Positions 46,418 to 58,790 of a stretch of 64,000 bases of DNA are shown in pieces. A program made the position numbers and the translations under genes. Within the stretch, counting starts at the first letter, position 1, and every line of letters starts with the position of its first letter. The stretch is from Amoebophrya sp. A120 (lineage: Eukaryota; Protista; Dinoflagellata), in the NCBI GenBank assembly GCA_905178155.1, contig CAJINV010000017.1:674722-738721 (forward strand), written 5' to 3'. Under the pieces are notes generated by a model that did not search any database, was not told the DNA's origin, and saw only the letters and a program-made list of their open reading frames with translations.

Positions 46418-47437
46418 CAAAAGAAGTCCGATGAACGGGTGTTCCGTGGTACTATGGAAGTGAAGAAATTATTGTCACGCGGGGACAGTAAAAAAAAGTT
46501 GAAAAAAGAGGTTTTTTAAAGCAATGTTTACACTAATTTTTTCCACAGCTTTATCATTATCTCTGACTGCAATTTTGATTTAGATTTTCATATTCATTTT
46601 CATCATCTCGAACTCTGTATTTTCCTTTTTTGCATAGTACTGTAATACGAAAAGAAACATTACCGATTGGAAAACTGACTGCGATACAATTACATTATTC
46701 TCTCTAAAGACAACTCTGGTGACATAATTCGTCGACACGTTTTAAACAGCAAAATTAATTCGTCCGAGAAAAAAAGAACAACCCGAGGACTAAGGTCCTG
46801 TTTGTGTTTAGTGCAGCGATTTGTTTCGGTTTCCCCTTTTGATGCATCCAGTCGCCGGAGGGTGATGTGTGTTTTTGGTTTTGGTTTGGCTCCTTGCCGG
46901 AGACTTGGGCCACATCGTGGTTGACGGCCGCAGTGTAGCACCTTCGTTCCGAAACCGCATTATGCGAAGAAATGTTGTTGAGTGAGTGTGAGCAGTTGCA
47001 GTAGATCAAAATCAAATTCCTACCCCTGTGCTCTCTGTCGTACCTGCGTGTTGTCGTGCTCGCGGTCGTGGCGTCTATGCGTGTTTCGTGCGTCTTCGTG
47101 GTGGTGGGGGGGCTGTGTCGAGGAAGATGTTGAGCTTACGGGCTTGATTTCAAAAGGGAGCTGGAATTTTTAGAGCGCAGGGCAGGGACAGAAGGTACTG
47201 AGAGCCGATCAGAGGTAGCAGCACCGGGGCGACCGGCTCGCATGGACTTGATTTCCGCAAAAGTGAGGCTTTCAATACAGATATTTTCGCAATATACAGC
47301 AGGATAAACGAAACTTCTGAAGAGAGAGGGCGGAGCAGAAGAAGTTTTAGAACGGAAACTACAATTAAAATAAAGACCGAGAGCCCAAAGAACAAGAGAA
47401 CACTTCGTCGCTCTGCACGCCGCATCAAAAAATCAAA

Positions 47438-50400
47438 ATGACTACGTACCGCGAGCTATGCTGTGCAAAAGTGTCTGCATCACACCCGTATTTATAATCT
47501 TTGGAGTCACTGCAACTGCTCATGGTCATGACATGATTGAATCTGCATGAAATCATCGTAGTCCAACTTTCTGGTTGAGAAATTTTTCATGCGGTATATC
47601 TATGCGTATTGCGTTTGCGATGCTTTTGCAATGCATAACAGCGCGCGAAGCAAGAGGACGCGCATTACGTGCAGAACCTCGAAGACCTGCTCGAGCAGAC
47701 CAAGCAGAACTTCGCGCGGGAGCGGGCGGCGTTGCGGATCCAGCAACAGAAGCGGGTGGCCGACGCGACGCACGAGCTGAATGAGGAGATTTTGTTGCTG
47801 AAGTCGGAACTGTATCAAGTGCAAATATGTCTGAGTCTGGAACAGTGCAGATTTTTGCCATGCCGTTTTTACATGACACAGAATGTCCGTCATGGAAGCT
47901 CTAGAATCACAGAGTTCGAGAAGCTTCCACATTGCTCGATCCGCATGACAAATTCCCCACTTTGGTGAAAGAAAATGAACATCTTTTGCTGCCTATGCAT
48001 GAGAGAGTTGTCTGTGTTGTGAAATGCGCATCACAAGTTCGCATCCTTCGAGGTCGAGACATATTTGCAATACATAAACTGTCCGCCGTCCGAGTATTGT
48101 CCAACGGCGCGATGAATGCTGCGGAGGTGCAGAAGGAGAGCAGCGGGAAGAGGGAAAATGAATTGGAGAAGGAATTATCACACAAAAAAAGTTCATCACG
48201 GGGAGCCTAATGCGCATTTTGATTTTTGCAAAAAAGAAATTATCATGCAAAAACACCTGCAAGTTTGTGACTGTGACGAATTTTTTTCTGTCCATACGAA
48301 TTGAACAAGTGCCAATCCTTGCTGAAGCGGAAGGAGAATTTGATCGTCGACTTGACTTTACTTGCGAAGGACCGCCACGAACAGATCTCCAACCTGGAGG
48401 AGGAATTGGAGCTTGTCCATACCGAAAAGCAGAAGCTGAGCCGTGCGGTAAGCGAGGGAAAAAGATCGGCGGAGGAGCTGGACAAGGTAAAAAAAAATGA
48501 CTTCCTGTTTCGAGGCGTAAGCTTGTGGTCCTAAGGGCGGTTGTTCTTTCGACGCGGTCGCGCGTTTTGAATGGGTACAGAATAGTGAAAGTATAAATTC
48601 TTTTACTTCCATTTTCATTTTATCTATCGTATCAATCAACGCCAGCTTGCGAACGAAACGGCCTCAAATGCGATGGACGCACACTGCGAGCACATTGAAG
48701 AGCTGGAAAAGGAGATCGCAAGACTGCAAGCTGAGTACAGATGAAGTTGATATGCTTGTTGGAATAAAAGAGCAAGTCTGACTGTCTGAGTTGTTTGTCA
48801 TGACGCGAAACACGACACGAGGACAGCGACACACACAAAAATGTGATTTTTTCATGCACAAAGTTGGTGCAGCAGCACCTCCAAAAACACGTATCAGAGG
48901 AAGATCGTGCGCTTCTCATATGATATAAACAGCTGCAAACAAATCCGGCAAGTGAAAGATCGTGAGTTCCGGCGTGCGGAGCAGCACCACCGAGACAAGG
49001 AGAAGGAGCAGCATGGGCAGCAGGAGAAACTCCGGAAGGAAATGAACCGAATCAAGGAGGAAGCAGAGGTGGAGCGGTGCAAACTACGAAGCACGTTCAA
49101 GGCGAAGCTGGACGTGAAAGCGAGGCAAATCCGCGAACTGGAGGTCGAGTTGAGGAATAGTGTTACTACAACAGCAGCTCCATCGGGGTCCAAAGAAGCC
49201 CCTGGTGGGGGCGATCGGGATCTTCAAAGCAGTGAGGGAGCTGCGGGGACAACATCAGTAGATCCGCCGGTCATCCTTGGCGGCGGCGGATTCAGACCAA
49301 GCCCATCGCAGAGAATCGCTGCCTCGTCGGGCGCGGTCGGGAAATTCAAACGTATTATATATATTTTTGGGAATTTAGTACATCTCTTGAATTGTTCTTG
49401 ATTGTCGTCTTCCACGTTTTTGTTTCCAAAACTGGTGTGGCCACTTGCCTTTATCTTTGTATGTGCTTACCACGTTTTGCCTGTGCCATGACAATGTTCC
49501 TTGAAAAATGTTGCTTGGAAAACAAAAATCCGCGGCGTGATCGAATATACAACAGAGCAAGCGGAGCACGCCGAGCAACTCGCGGAGCAGTTAAAGGGGG
49601 AGAAATCCGCCGTGGAAGGGCATCTCCGCTCCGTGCTGGCGGACCACCGGCAAAAGCAGAAAAAATGGGACAAGGAGCAGGACGAACTCGCGGAGCTGCT
49701 GCTCGAAAGTGAGAAGAAAGTGGAATTCCTGCAGCAGGAATTGCGGCAGATCCGGGCGAAGTTGGCGGTAGAGCTGGAAGCGAAGGCAGATTTCACCAGG
49801 ATAGAAGGTGAGCACAAGAAGGAGAAATCCGAAGTTCAACCTCGTCTCCGTCTTCGCTCCGGCTGCTCAGTACCAGAGCAATTCGGCTCATTCAGTAGCT
49901 CAGGATCTTCCACCAGTGGCGCTCCTAGCGCCACCGGGGCTGCAGACCCAGTTGTGGAGGACAGCAGTGCTGGGGATAACGTGGCAAAACACCAGCAGGA
50001 CACGAGCATCAAGGAGGTGGACCGCTCGGAGAGTGGCAGAAGTGCGCCCCCGCCTACAGTCGGTCAAGAGATGAATACGACGTCTTCTACTTCAGAAGCT
50101 GCTACAGTAAAGGAAAAAGCAGAGCAGGATCAAGTCGCGAAGCCAGTAAACACGACGACCTTCTGCAGCTCTGAGATTGATGTTGTTGATCCTGAAACTG
50201 CACCAAAAAATACAATGAAATCCTCTGTTTCACCACCTGCCGCCGACAAAAGGACAATAAATACTCCAAGTCAGAGCCCTTCGAAGATCAGAAACCAGAA
50301 CGAAAGTCTGTCCCTGCAGCTTCTGGAGGCGAAAGAGGAAAACGTGAAGCTGCAAAAAGAAAACGCCGATCTTTCTTCGAGACTAGCAGCGGTCAGAAAA

Positions 50401-53400
50401 TACGGGGAGGAACTGCAGGCACAGATGAAGGAGGACAGCGAAAGGTTGAAAGAGACCTGCGCGAACGAGCTGCTGCACGCGCAGAGGCAGCTGGAAATGA
50501 AGCAGAAAATGCTAAAACAGGACCATCTCGCGGAGGTTTTGGCGCTGAAGAAGGAGCAGCAGGAAGCGGCGAAGCTGGAAGAAGGTTTAAACAAACGCGT
50601 CTCCGGTTTGCTTACCGAGAAGGCGGAGAGGGCGAGGGAGATTGAGCAGTTGAAGAAGGAAGCCGACCACAACGCTATCGAGCTGAAAAGGCTGCAACGG
50701 AAGTTGGAGCTGGAAACGGAAACCAAGCGGGTCGAGAACAACCGACTGCAGCAAGAAATTCGGAACAAAATCGAAGAAATCGCGCACCTGCAGCAGTCCT
50801 ACGAGCAGTTGGTCGGGGTGCAAAAAGAGGCGGCCGAGCTGGGGGTCACGAAGAACATGGTAAAGTTTACTAAGTAGCAGCTATTGGTGTTGGAGAAGAG
50901 CTTTGCTGTTTCAGGTTCTGTTGCATGACGTTGTAGTACACGACCAAAGCAAGCATCCAAATCCATGTTCGCTTTCACGCATCATGAGAAACAAGCAAAC
51001 TTCATTCTAGTAGAACGCTGTCCTTCTACACTCAGGACTACGAGAAGCGGGAGCAGGACCTGGCGAAAACCGGAGCCGCCCTGGACCACCGGGAGTCGGA
51101 CGTGGCGCAGCAAGAGAGTGCAAATCTGAAGAAGGAAGCCTTCCTGAAGGAGCGCGACCACGTGTTGAAGGCCAAAGAGCAAGCCCTCACTGTGGCCGCG
51201 GCGGAGATTCAGAAAATGCGCGAACAGATAGAAGCACAACAACTGCAAATACAGCAAGAAGCACAGCGAAGTGGTTCAACATCTGGTACCGGAAATAATA
51301 AAGCTGAAACTACTACTAGTAGTCCTACTAGCCTGCTGAATGAAGCAAAAGACCAAGAGATCGCGTTGTTGAAAGGGGAGCTCGACCAGCAGAAGCAGAA
51401 GCTACAGAAGCAAACCACGGAGCACACAGAGTACGAAGCGGTTTCCTACGCGAAGCTCTCCGAGCTCCAGCAAAAGTGCACCAAGATGGAGAAGCTGCAA
51501 AAGATCCACAGGAAACGGCAGGAGCAGAGCAAACTGGTTCTGGAGCAGATCTTGCGTGCGTACCAACTCTCGGGGTCACTGGCGGCGACCAGTACATCAG
51601 CCGCAAACGCGCCGGCGGGTCTGCAGCCGCAGCAGCCAGGCTACTACAGCAACAATCCAGTTGTGGTTTTATCCGGCGAGGATTATGACCACAAGAACTT
51701 AGCTCATGCTGCGGTCGCGGGCCAGCAACAGCATCTGCAACAACACACCGACTCTGATGCAGAACAGCAGCAGGGTGAGCAGCTACATGGTCCGGATTTT
51801 CACGCGATAAGTCATGCCGCCGGTAACAGCCTCAGCAACTCCGCGTCCTCCATTCCATCTTCGGGAACCGGCAGCATCGTCGCGGACCCCAGTCCGAAAA
51901 TCGCCATCGAGCCGGAGCTATGCATGGCAAAAGTATCGTTATCGTATCTATCAGTAATCACAAAAAAATGAAATTTCTCATGCAGCTTCACTTATAGCGC
52001 ATCCATTTGTCATGCAAGCTCGCAATATAGTATGTACGAAAGCTGTGCTTTTGCAATGGATAGGAACTGATTGAAGTGATCAGCAATCTGCTTAATTCTT
52101 CCTGGATGACGAGCTGCACCACCACGCCGCGAACCAGGACAGCAAGTAATTTTGGAGCACAAATAAATGACTACACCTCCACTGCCGCCGCGGCAGAACA
52201 ACAGGTGCGGATGCTGAAAGATGAAGAAGAGAAACGGATGATTGGGACGTCGACCAACCTGGCTGAGCATCAAAACCCGGCCGCGAAGACCAAGGATCTT
52301 GCTCTGGATCGCAGCCAGGTCGGACGAGACGGAGGCACAGGCACAGCGACCACCAGTGCGGTGAATACCGCGACCAAGCCGACGCCGAGAATGACGCCGT
52401 CAAGTTCGGGGCACACCAGCAAATCCACCGCCAATGAGGTGGCGAGTTTGAAGGAGAAAGTCGCAGTCTTGCAAGACGCGCTGCAGGAAGCATTAGATGT
52501 TGTGGCGAAAGACCCAAAGGCCGCCAGTTCTTCTTCCCACTTTGGGGCCGCGACGACCTACTTCAAAACATGCGGCAGCAGTGGTGCAGATCAAGAGCCG
52601 GCTCCTACTTGTTTCGCTCCTGGTGCAAGAACCACTCCTACGGGCGCCCATGAAGTAGTAGAACAACAACAGGGCAGCGCGGCGTCGGCAGGTGAACTAC
52701 GAATTAGCGGAACTACAGTGGAAACAGCAGCGGAAAAAACACAATCACAGATGGTTACGGCGGATGTTGAAAATGCAGACGATCTCCATCCCCCACCAGA
52801 GTACACGCGGATTGTCCCTGTAGCATCACCGTTGCAGCAAACCATGTCCTCCTGCTCTGTGACCGCAGCAGTTCCTGGGATCCTCGTGAGTGCGGGCGAT
52901 GTTGTAGGTGCAAGTTCTGCAGCTGGTGGCGGCACGGCGGGGGCTGTTGCTCCTTCTTCGTCTTCTTCCAGCGGAAATAAACCTCCGTCTACTACTACCA
53001 CACGAGCAAGTGTACTACCTCAGCCCGTCGCTCGTGTGGTACCACCCACAACTGCGTTCTTCGCACGTTCGTTCGGAAGTCGAGCTAGTGTAATTGCACC
53101 TGGTGGCGCACCAGGCTCCTTCCTGTCAACCAGCATCACAACCTCTTTCTCGCAACCACACGGAGCGGCAGGGGTGGGACCATTGCAGGCCAATCGTACA
53201 GCTCCCGGAACCGCATCAGTTCCAGATCCCCGGGGCGCCGCGCTTGGGCCGGAACGGACGACGTCGAGCTCAACTTTCAGCGCAAGAGGAGCGATTGTTC
53301 AGCCGGCGGGTCTCAACGTCGGACCTTTTTTCTCGGAACGAAATGCCAATTCGTCGGCAACTACTCCCAGTTTTGCCGGCCTGGGGCTAGCCGCCGCGGC

Positions 53401-55206
53401 CGGCCGGGCTATTGCCGCGAATAAGGCGAGTGCTGGAGCACGACCAGGGAATTCCTCTGCTCGTCGTGGAGATTATGTTTACAACTATTCGTCCTCAGCA
53501 TCCACAAGTTCCTGGTCGAACAGTAATTCTATTGAGATCGTGGAACCAGGTGGAGTGGCTGCAACAAACAGCGACGATTTGATGTTTCAAGTAGACACAG
53601 CACAACATCACCGGTCTTTGATGTTCCAACAGCACAACGCGACTACCCTTTCCGCCTCCACCGGCCACATCGGTGCGACGGGCAGTAAGACCCCCAACCG
53701 TGTTTCCTACAAACAAGCCCGGCGCGCGAGTTTGCACTCCCTTTCCAGTAGCCGATCCGTGACGTTTCACAATGCTGGTTCTTGTGGTGGGGGCTCTGCG
53801 TCCGTTGGGGTAGTAGGTCCAGGAACAACTACTTTCGGAGGAGGAAGTGTAATTACTACCTCATCTCAGAGTCGTACGAGGTCCAGTGTGAAGAAGCAAA
53901 TTCGCTCTACCCTGCCGGTCGCTACGTCCGTTCCCGTCGCCGCGCCGATTCGCCAAATGTCGCCGAGATGGGACGTCGGTGCTGCGCGGGGAAGCAGCAG
54001 GTCAGTTTCGAATTCGCGTGCGGGTGGCGGTGGTTTGAGCGCAACATTTTCAACATCCAGATGTCGCCCGACGTCGGCCCGGTCGGCGACTCCACCAGGG
54101 TTGGCCCAGTTATTGTGAGGAAAAATCCCCCCTCGCCATATCGAAAAGGCATGTTTCCGAAAATTTGTGTTGCTGATTTGGGGTCACAAATCCTTGCAAG
54201 AAGACAAGGGCAAAAGCTTCGCCCCCATTATGGAGGCGATTTGTCATGCTGTTGGGCCTAAAGCGGAGCCGTTTGCCATGCTGAGCGACTAGACCGATAC
54301 GCCCCTGCATAGCCTGGGGAACTGGCCGCGATGCCTTCCTGCAATACAAAGCCGATTTGTGTACACAAATCCCGCGTCACAGATTTCCATTTCGATACGG
54401 GGTGGGGTGATTTTTCCTTTTGATACCAGTTCCTACCGGTTGTTCACTCCTCGTCCCGGAGTGTGGAGGGGAGATTTGTGTCGACCGCGCGAGGAAAAAA
54501 TGCTGGTAATAATTCTACGTTGAACAGCAGCCGGGGAACAGCAACTTCTGCAGGACGAGGTGTGAATCACTTTTCGACAGCAGGTGCTGCAGAGGATCCT
54601 TCTGTGCCAGAAGGCGGGAATCTTCAACCTGACCAGCTCGGAATTCTGAGCAAGAGCAACGTGGACGGAATTATGGATGAAGCCACGGTGGAAATGGTAA
54701 ATAAAGGTGCGCCGGAAGGTGGCTCCTGGGTGGCGACCGATAACTTTTATTCCAACCGTAATCAGAATCAAGTAGAAGGAGCCCCTGCAGCTCGTCTCGT
54801 GACCACTAGTACAACAACCAAGCGAATCCGGCACTCGCCAACCAACCCCTTTCAGCAGAACAAAGAAGATCAACAGAACAGTTGCAGTTCTTCCGATGAA
54901 GTGCTGGTGAATTTATCCTCCGCGTCCAGTCTCTCGGTGGTGGTAGCAGAGGGTGATGATCTTCCTGGTGCTCCGGTAGCGGAGCCCTCGGTGGACCAGC
55001 AGCAAGCGCAATACATCAACCACATCGATCAAGCGGCCGCGGAGCCGCCGTCCGAAATAAGTGCGGGCGCTGTTTATGACGTTGATAACAGCCACTACAA
55101 ATCTTCGCAAGAGGACACGAACTACATCGAACTCGCACAAAGAAGCGGCACTGCAGCGGGGCGAACGCCAATTTTGCCGGCCAATGCGGGAGAGATCGAT
55201 CTCTAG
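47438..55206 (+). CDS. Large coiled-coil / low-complexity protein of about 1993 aa; exons 47438-47455, 47642-47811, 48081-48174, 48301-48486, 48646-48734, 48933-49351, 49556-50859, 51036-51917, 52067-54109, 54430-55206
   Basis: Ten exons join in one frame using five introners and four GT-AG introns; long heptad E/K/Q/L-rich tracts. Confidence 0.7.
47456..47641. mobile_element. Introner, family-3-like, ends CT..AG, 186 nt
   Basis: tatgctgtgcaaaag / cttttgcaatgcata; DR CGAG|C vs ACAG|C. Confidence 0.75.
47812..48080. mobile_element. Introner, family 1, ends GT..CT, 269 nt
   Basis: tatcaagtgcaaatatgtct / agacatatttgcaatacata; perfect DR AACT|G. Confidence 0.88.
48175..48300. mobile_element. 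Introner, TIR family 5, ends TT..AA, 126 nt
   Basis: tatcacacaaaaaaagttcatcac / gtgacgaatttttttctgtccata; DR GGAA|T vs CGAA|T; contains an in-frame stop. Confidence 0.82.
51918..52066. mobile_element. Introner, family 3, ends CT..AA, 149 nt
   Basis: tatgcatggcaaaag / cttttgcaatggata; DR GGAG|C vs GGAA|C; joins IEPE-LIEVI. Confidence 0.82.
54110..54429. mobile_element. Introner, family 4, ends TT..AG, 320 nt
   Basis: About 39-nt TIR tattgtgaggaaaaatcccccctcgccatatcgaaaagg / ccatttcgatacggggtggggtgatttttccttttgata; perfect DR CCAG|T. Confidence 0.88.
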
Positions 55207-56668
55207 CTTGTTGTAGAAGAAGCAGATCTTCCGATCGGCCATGCGAACGAATTTGCTCCGAAAGGAAAAATTAATGATTGACTGAACAAAGTACAAGTAG
55301 ACAAACTCTAACTCACTAAGCGGATCATGCGTCATGTAAACAAGCTAGATGAAAAGCAAAAGATCGGCAGTATCAGGTCTCATGGCATATACTCTTACCC
55401 AGTTTGATGAAGGTTGAATTTAGACATTGTGACCGTTCGATTGTGATTGTAGCAAATTGTGACTAAGTAGTGCGTCTCGACGTCCTCGAGAAACGACTGC
55501 TGTCGACGACGTCTTTGTAGCAAATATAGCGATAGAAAGCGATTCGAACAAGTTTGTACGTGTAGCACAACAAGCACTACCCCTGATTTAGCCCTGTACA
55601 ATATTGGACAAAAGAACCTCTGACATCCTCCTTTGGAAAAAAGAACGCAGCAAGCAGATGAGAAAAAATATGATTACTCCACGTGCCCACAGTCGTACAG
55701 GACGACGAGCAAAACCCGTGTGATAGATCGTCGTACGCACAAATGAATCGCTTATTCACCGTCCGTGTTCGTTCCGTTCGTGCAAAAGGAGACGCAAAGA
55801 TAAGATTCGACTGATAGACTACCGACATGACTGTAGTTGTCCCCGCGTCCTCTAAAATCCATCACTCTCAAGATGAACAAGAGTCGTCCTTATGAGCTTG
55901 GATCTAGAAGTACGCAGCACTCAGCGCGAGAGCTCTATTACCGAATATCACTCCGATGAACAGGACCTCTTCCCGGATTTCTTTTCCTTTGTTTTGCGCG
56001 CAGTAGCCTTTGGCTTTGAATTTGATGCCTTCTTTGTCTTTCTCCTTCTCAGCACTCGCACGTGACTCTGACCCTACTAAGATACGCACGCACTGCAGTA
56101 AAATTTTTTTGCCATTCTTCAAAGTGAAAGTCATGAATAAACTTCCCGACGTCTACGTCAAGGTCTAGTTGTAGTACTCCGGCTGAAAGGAGGCTTGCTC
56201 ATTATCAACATCATGGGTTGGTGAGTCACGTTCTGTCATTGCAACGCAACAATCTCATTACCCGCACTATGAATATCATAAAGCCCGAAAGTGGGTTGAG
56301 TAGAGACTGAAACGCACACATTAAATACGTTACATAAGTCTTTGAATTCAAAATTTTCCTTTCCACAAACGCAGCGAAGGAAAAATAGAATTATCGCTTT
56401 CTTCCCTCTTCGCACCGCTTGTCGGAGTATTAAGGATTGGTGAGAACTTCTTCACAGCCCTGCTTTATTCCACCCCGATGAGATTAGCACCATCGAGGAA
56501 GCTCTAGGTGAATCGTTTTAGGTGAAGAAAGTAGTAGAGCAGTGAGACAAAAGCCTGCGCTAACAAGCTTTCATCTTCCGACTTGAAGACTTTGTCTTAG
56601 TTCTTTTCCAACCATCGATCTCTCTTTTCAAGTTACACCATTATAACCCGCAAAATATTGTTCACAAA

Positions 56669-58790
56669 ATGAATCTGTTGCGCCCCTTGCGGCCGACCGA
56701 TTTTCAGTCGACCACCGCGCATCTGAAGAACCTGCGGCCGGCGGCGGCGGAGGCCGACGGGGCAGCCGCGTCTGACTTGCCTCTCGCAAAGCGCGGCAAG
56801 CCCGGCGCGATTAGTGGCGCAGCCGCAGCTCCTGATGGTGCGAAGATGATGACTTCTAGCGGAACGCCGGAACAACACCAAAGTGGAGGCAAGAACAAGG
56901 ATATATTTCTTGGCGCCACTTTAGCGTCCGTCCGGGGTAGTTGTACTACTGGTGCAGCTGTTACTTCTCCTGCGCGCGCCGCCAGTGGCGCGGCCACTAC
57001 AGCTGCAAATACTAGTAGTGCCACGATGATGAACATCAAACCTCCATTAGAAGCTGCTCATGCGCTGCGAACAAACGCTGCCGCCAAGCCCTCGTCCACG
57101 CTGCAGCCCTTGTTTTGCCCACCGGTCTTCAAAAGTAGCGAGGTCAATAGTAAGAATGACAATGACGCTAATAAACAAGCGCAAGAACTACAGCTCAGTC
57201 TGGAGCTCGCCGAGGCCGGGCGGCTGCAGTGCCCGTGCTACCGGGGCTTTGGCCGCATCTTGGTGGTTGGGGACGGGGACCTGTCGTTCGCGGCCTCGTT
57301 TATGGTCCCGGAGAAAAAAGCTAGGATAGAAAATATGCTGTAACGTGCAAAAATAAATAGGTACACGGAAAAAAAAGCACCTGCGTCCGTCTTGCAATGC
57401 CTGAGAGGCATGGTACGTAGTACGGGCAGCCGCAGCTGCTTCCGGCGTGCGACAGAAGACTTTTTATGTATTCATTTTTGCATATTCTTGACAGCATGTG
57501 AACAAACTATGCTAGCTTTTTTCCCTGCGATATCGCTGCTCGGGCACGTAGATCATGATGGCAAATTTGTCACTGCTACGGTGTACGAAAAGGAGCACGA
57601 GTTCCGGAATAAGTACAACCAGCCCCATATGCAACATTGCAAAAACTTTTTCGCACAAATCGTAGTAATTGCCTTTGCCGTGTTGCATGTTGACAGATAT
57701 TGTTGTTTTCCACCTGATCTTGCGTCTGAAAATTCCCTTTCCTCTATGTTGAAAGTACATGCAATTACTACTGTACTATTAAACAATACATCGTTTTGCA
57801 ATGTATACCTGACGTGGTCGAGAATCTCCGTGTGCTCGAGGCTGCGGGGGTGCAGCTTCGCTTTGGGGTTGACGCGACGAAGCTGCAGGAATCGTTTGGG
57901 GACATTAACGGCACGACCACGGGTGGTCGTGGTGCCTCATCCACAGGAGTGAGTAGTTTGTTTTCGATCAAAACTCCCGTAGCTGCCTCTAGTGCTCTCG
58001 GGGATGAAGAACTTCATCAAGAAGTGCAGCTTTTCGATGCAATCATCTTCAATTTTCCCTTCCCCGTGGAGTCGCACAGCATTCAGAGCAAGGAGCGGCT
58101 AATCGAAGAGTTTTTTTCTTCTGCGAAACAGCAACTGGTCCCCAGCACCGGGGAGATTCACATCAGTCTGGTGAACCAGCAGTGGACCAACTGGGGCGTG
58201 TCGCAAATCGGAAAAGGTCAGGGCTTGTATTTGTACGAGGTTTACGCAAATGAAGGTCGTCCCAAAAGCATCGCGCTTCCACTTACTTTTACACGAAGGA
58301 TTGCTGGAAATGATACAGATAAGTCGCGTTTACAAATTTCATTAATACTTCGATCGAAGTACTGACCGTGACCTGATGAAGTCAGTATAGAAATCCGTAA
58401 ACGCTGGCGCTGCAATTTTATGTGTCATAGTCAGCTGATCGTGGTACAGAAGTCGATGTTTTTGAGCACCAGGATAGGGTCCGTGCCTTTGACAAGGACC
58501 ACTGGAAATATTACGCCTGTCGCTTCGGCGACCAGCGTGAGTTTCGCATTCCTTCTCGCGCGAACTACGTCAACAAAAAAGCGCGGACGTTTATCTTCCG
58601 CCGGATCCAGCCTGGCGTGCCGTACTTACGAAAACGAAAAAATGGCTTTTGCTTTCAAAAGGATTCTTCTGCGCACTACCTTGAAGCTTCCGCTACTTAC
58701 GACGCACGGGGAGTAGGGCTAGCTAGTACTGCGAAGAAGCTGTCGCATTTTTACTGTATTCGCGGGCCGTTGTGTCTGCAATGCTCCTAG
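56669..58790 (+). CDS. BMT5: BMT5-like / DUF2431 rRNA (uridine-N3) methyltransferase domain protein; exons 56669-57299, 57537-57626, 57812 to about 58241, about 58481-58790
   Basis: RILVVGDGDLSFAASLL, VTATVYE, ENLRVLEAAGVQLRFGVDATKL, FDAIIFNFP, LIEEFFSSAK, GEIHISL, ARTFIF. Last junction and stop are uncertain. Confidence 0.8.
57300..57536. mobile_element. Introner, ends TT..GC, 237 nt
   Basis: IR core gaaaaaagctag / ctagcttttttc within TAT...ATA; DR TCGT|T vs TCGC|T; restores FAASLL. Confidence 0.8.
57627..57811. mobile_element. Introner, family-3-like, ends AT..TG, 185 nt
   Basis: tatgcaacattgcaaaa / ttttgcaatgtata; DR CCCC|A vs CCTG|A; removal is in frame (NQPH-VVENL). Confidence 0.75.
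58242..58480. mobile_element. Decayed introner, or canonical intron 58240-58472 (both in frame)
   Basis: Residual IR caaaagcatcg / cgatgtttttg; DR AGGT|T vs GGGT|C. Confidence 0.5.

Larger units (their letters stand above)
41040..46880 (+). repeat. Tandem duplication of the VAMP7 copy 3 / copy 4 units including flanking DNA
   Basis: Near-identical first two exons; homologous upstream DNA (tccctgtcgctgatttttcattATG in both) and downstream DNA (cgattggaaaa.tgact at about 43944 and 46664); about 0.8 kb extra downstream of copy 3. Confidence 0.8.

Noticed and set aside
11627-54429. Recurring about 30-nt sequences as a CRISPR array
   Set aside because: They are dispersed inverted pairs inside eukaryotic genes, not direct repeats with regular spacers, and no cas genes are present.
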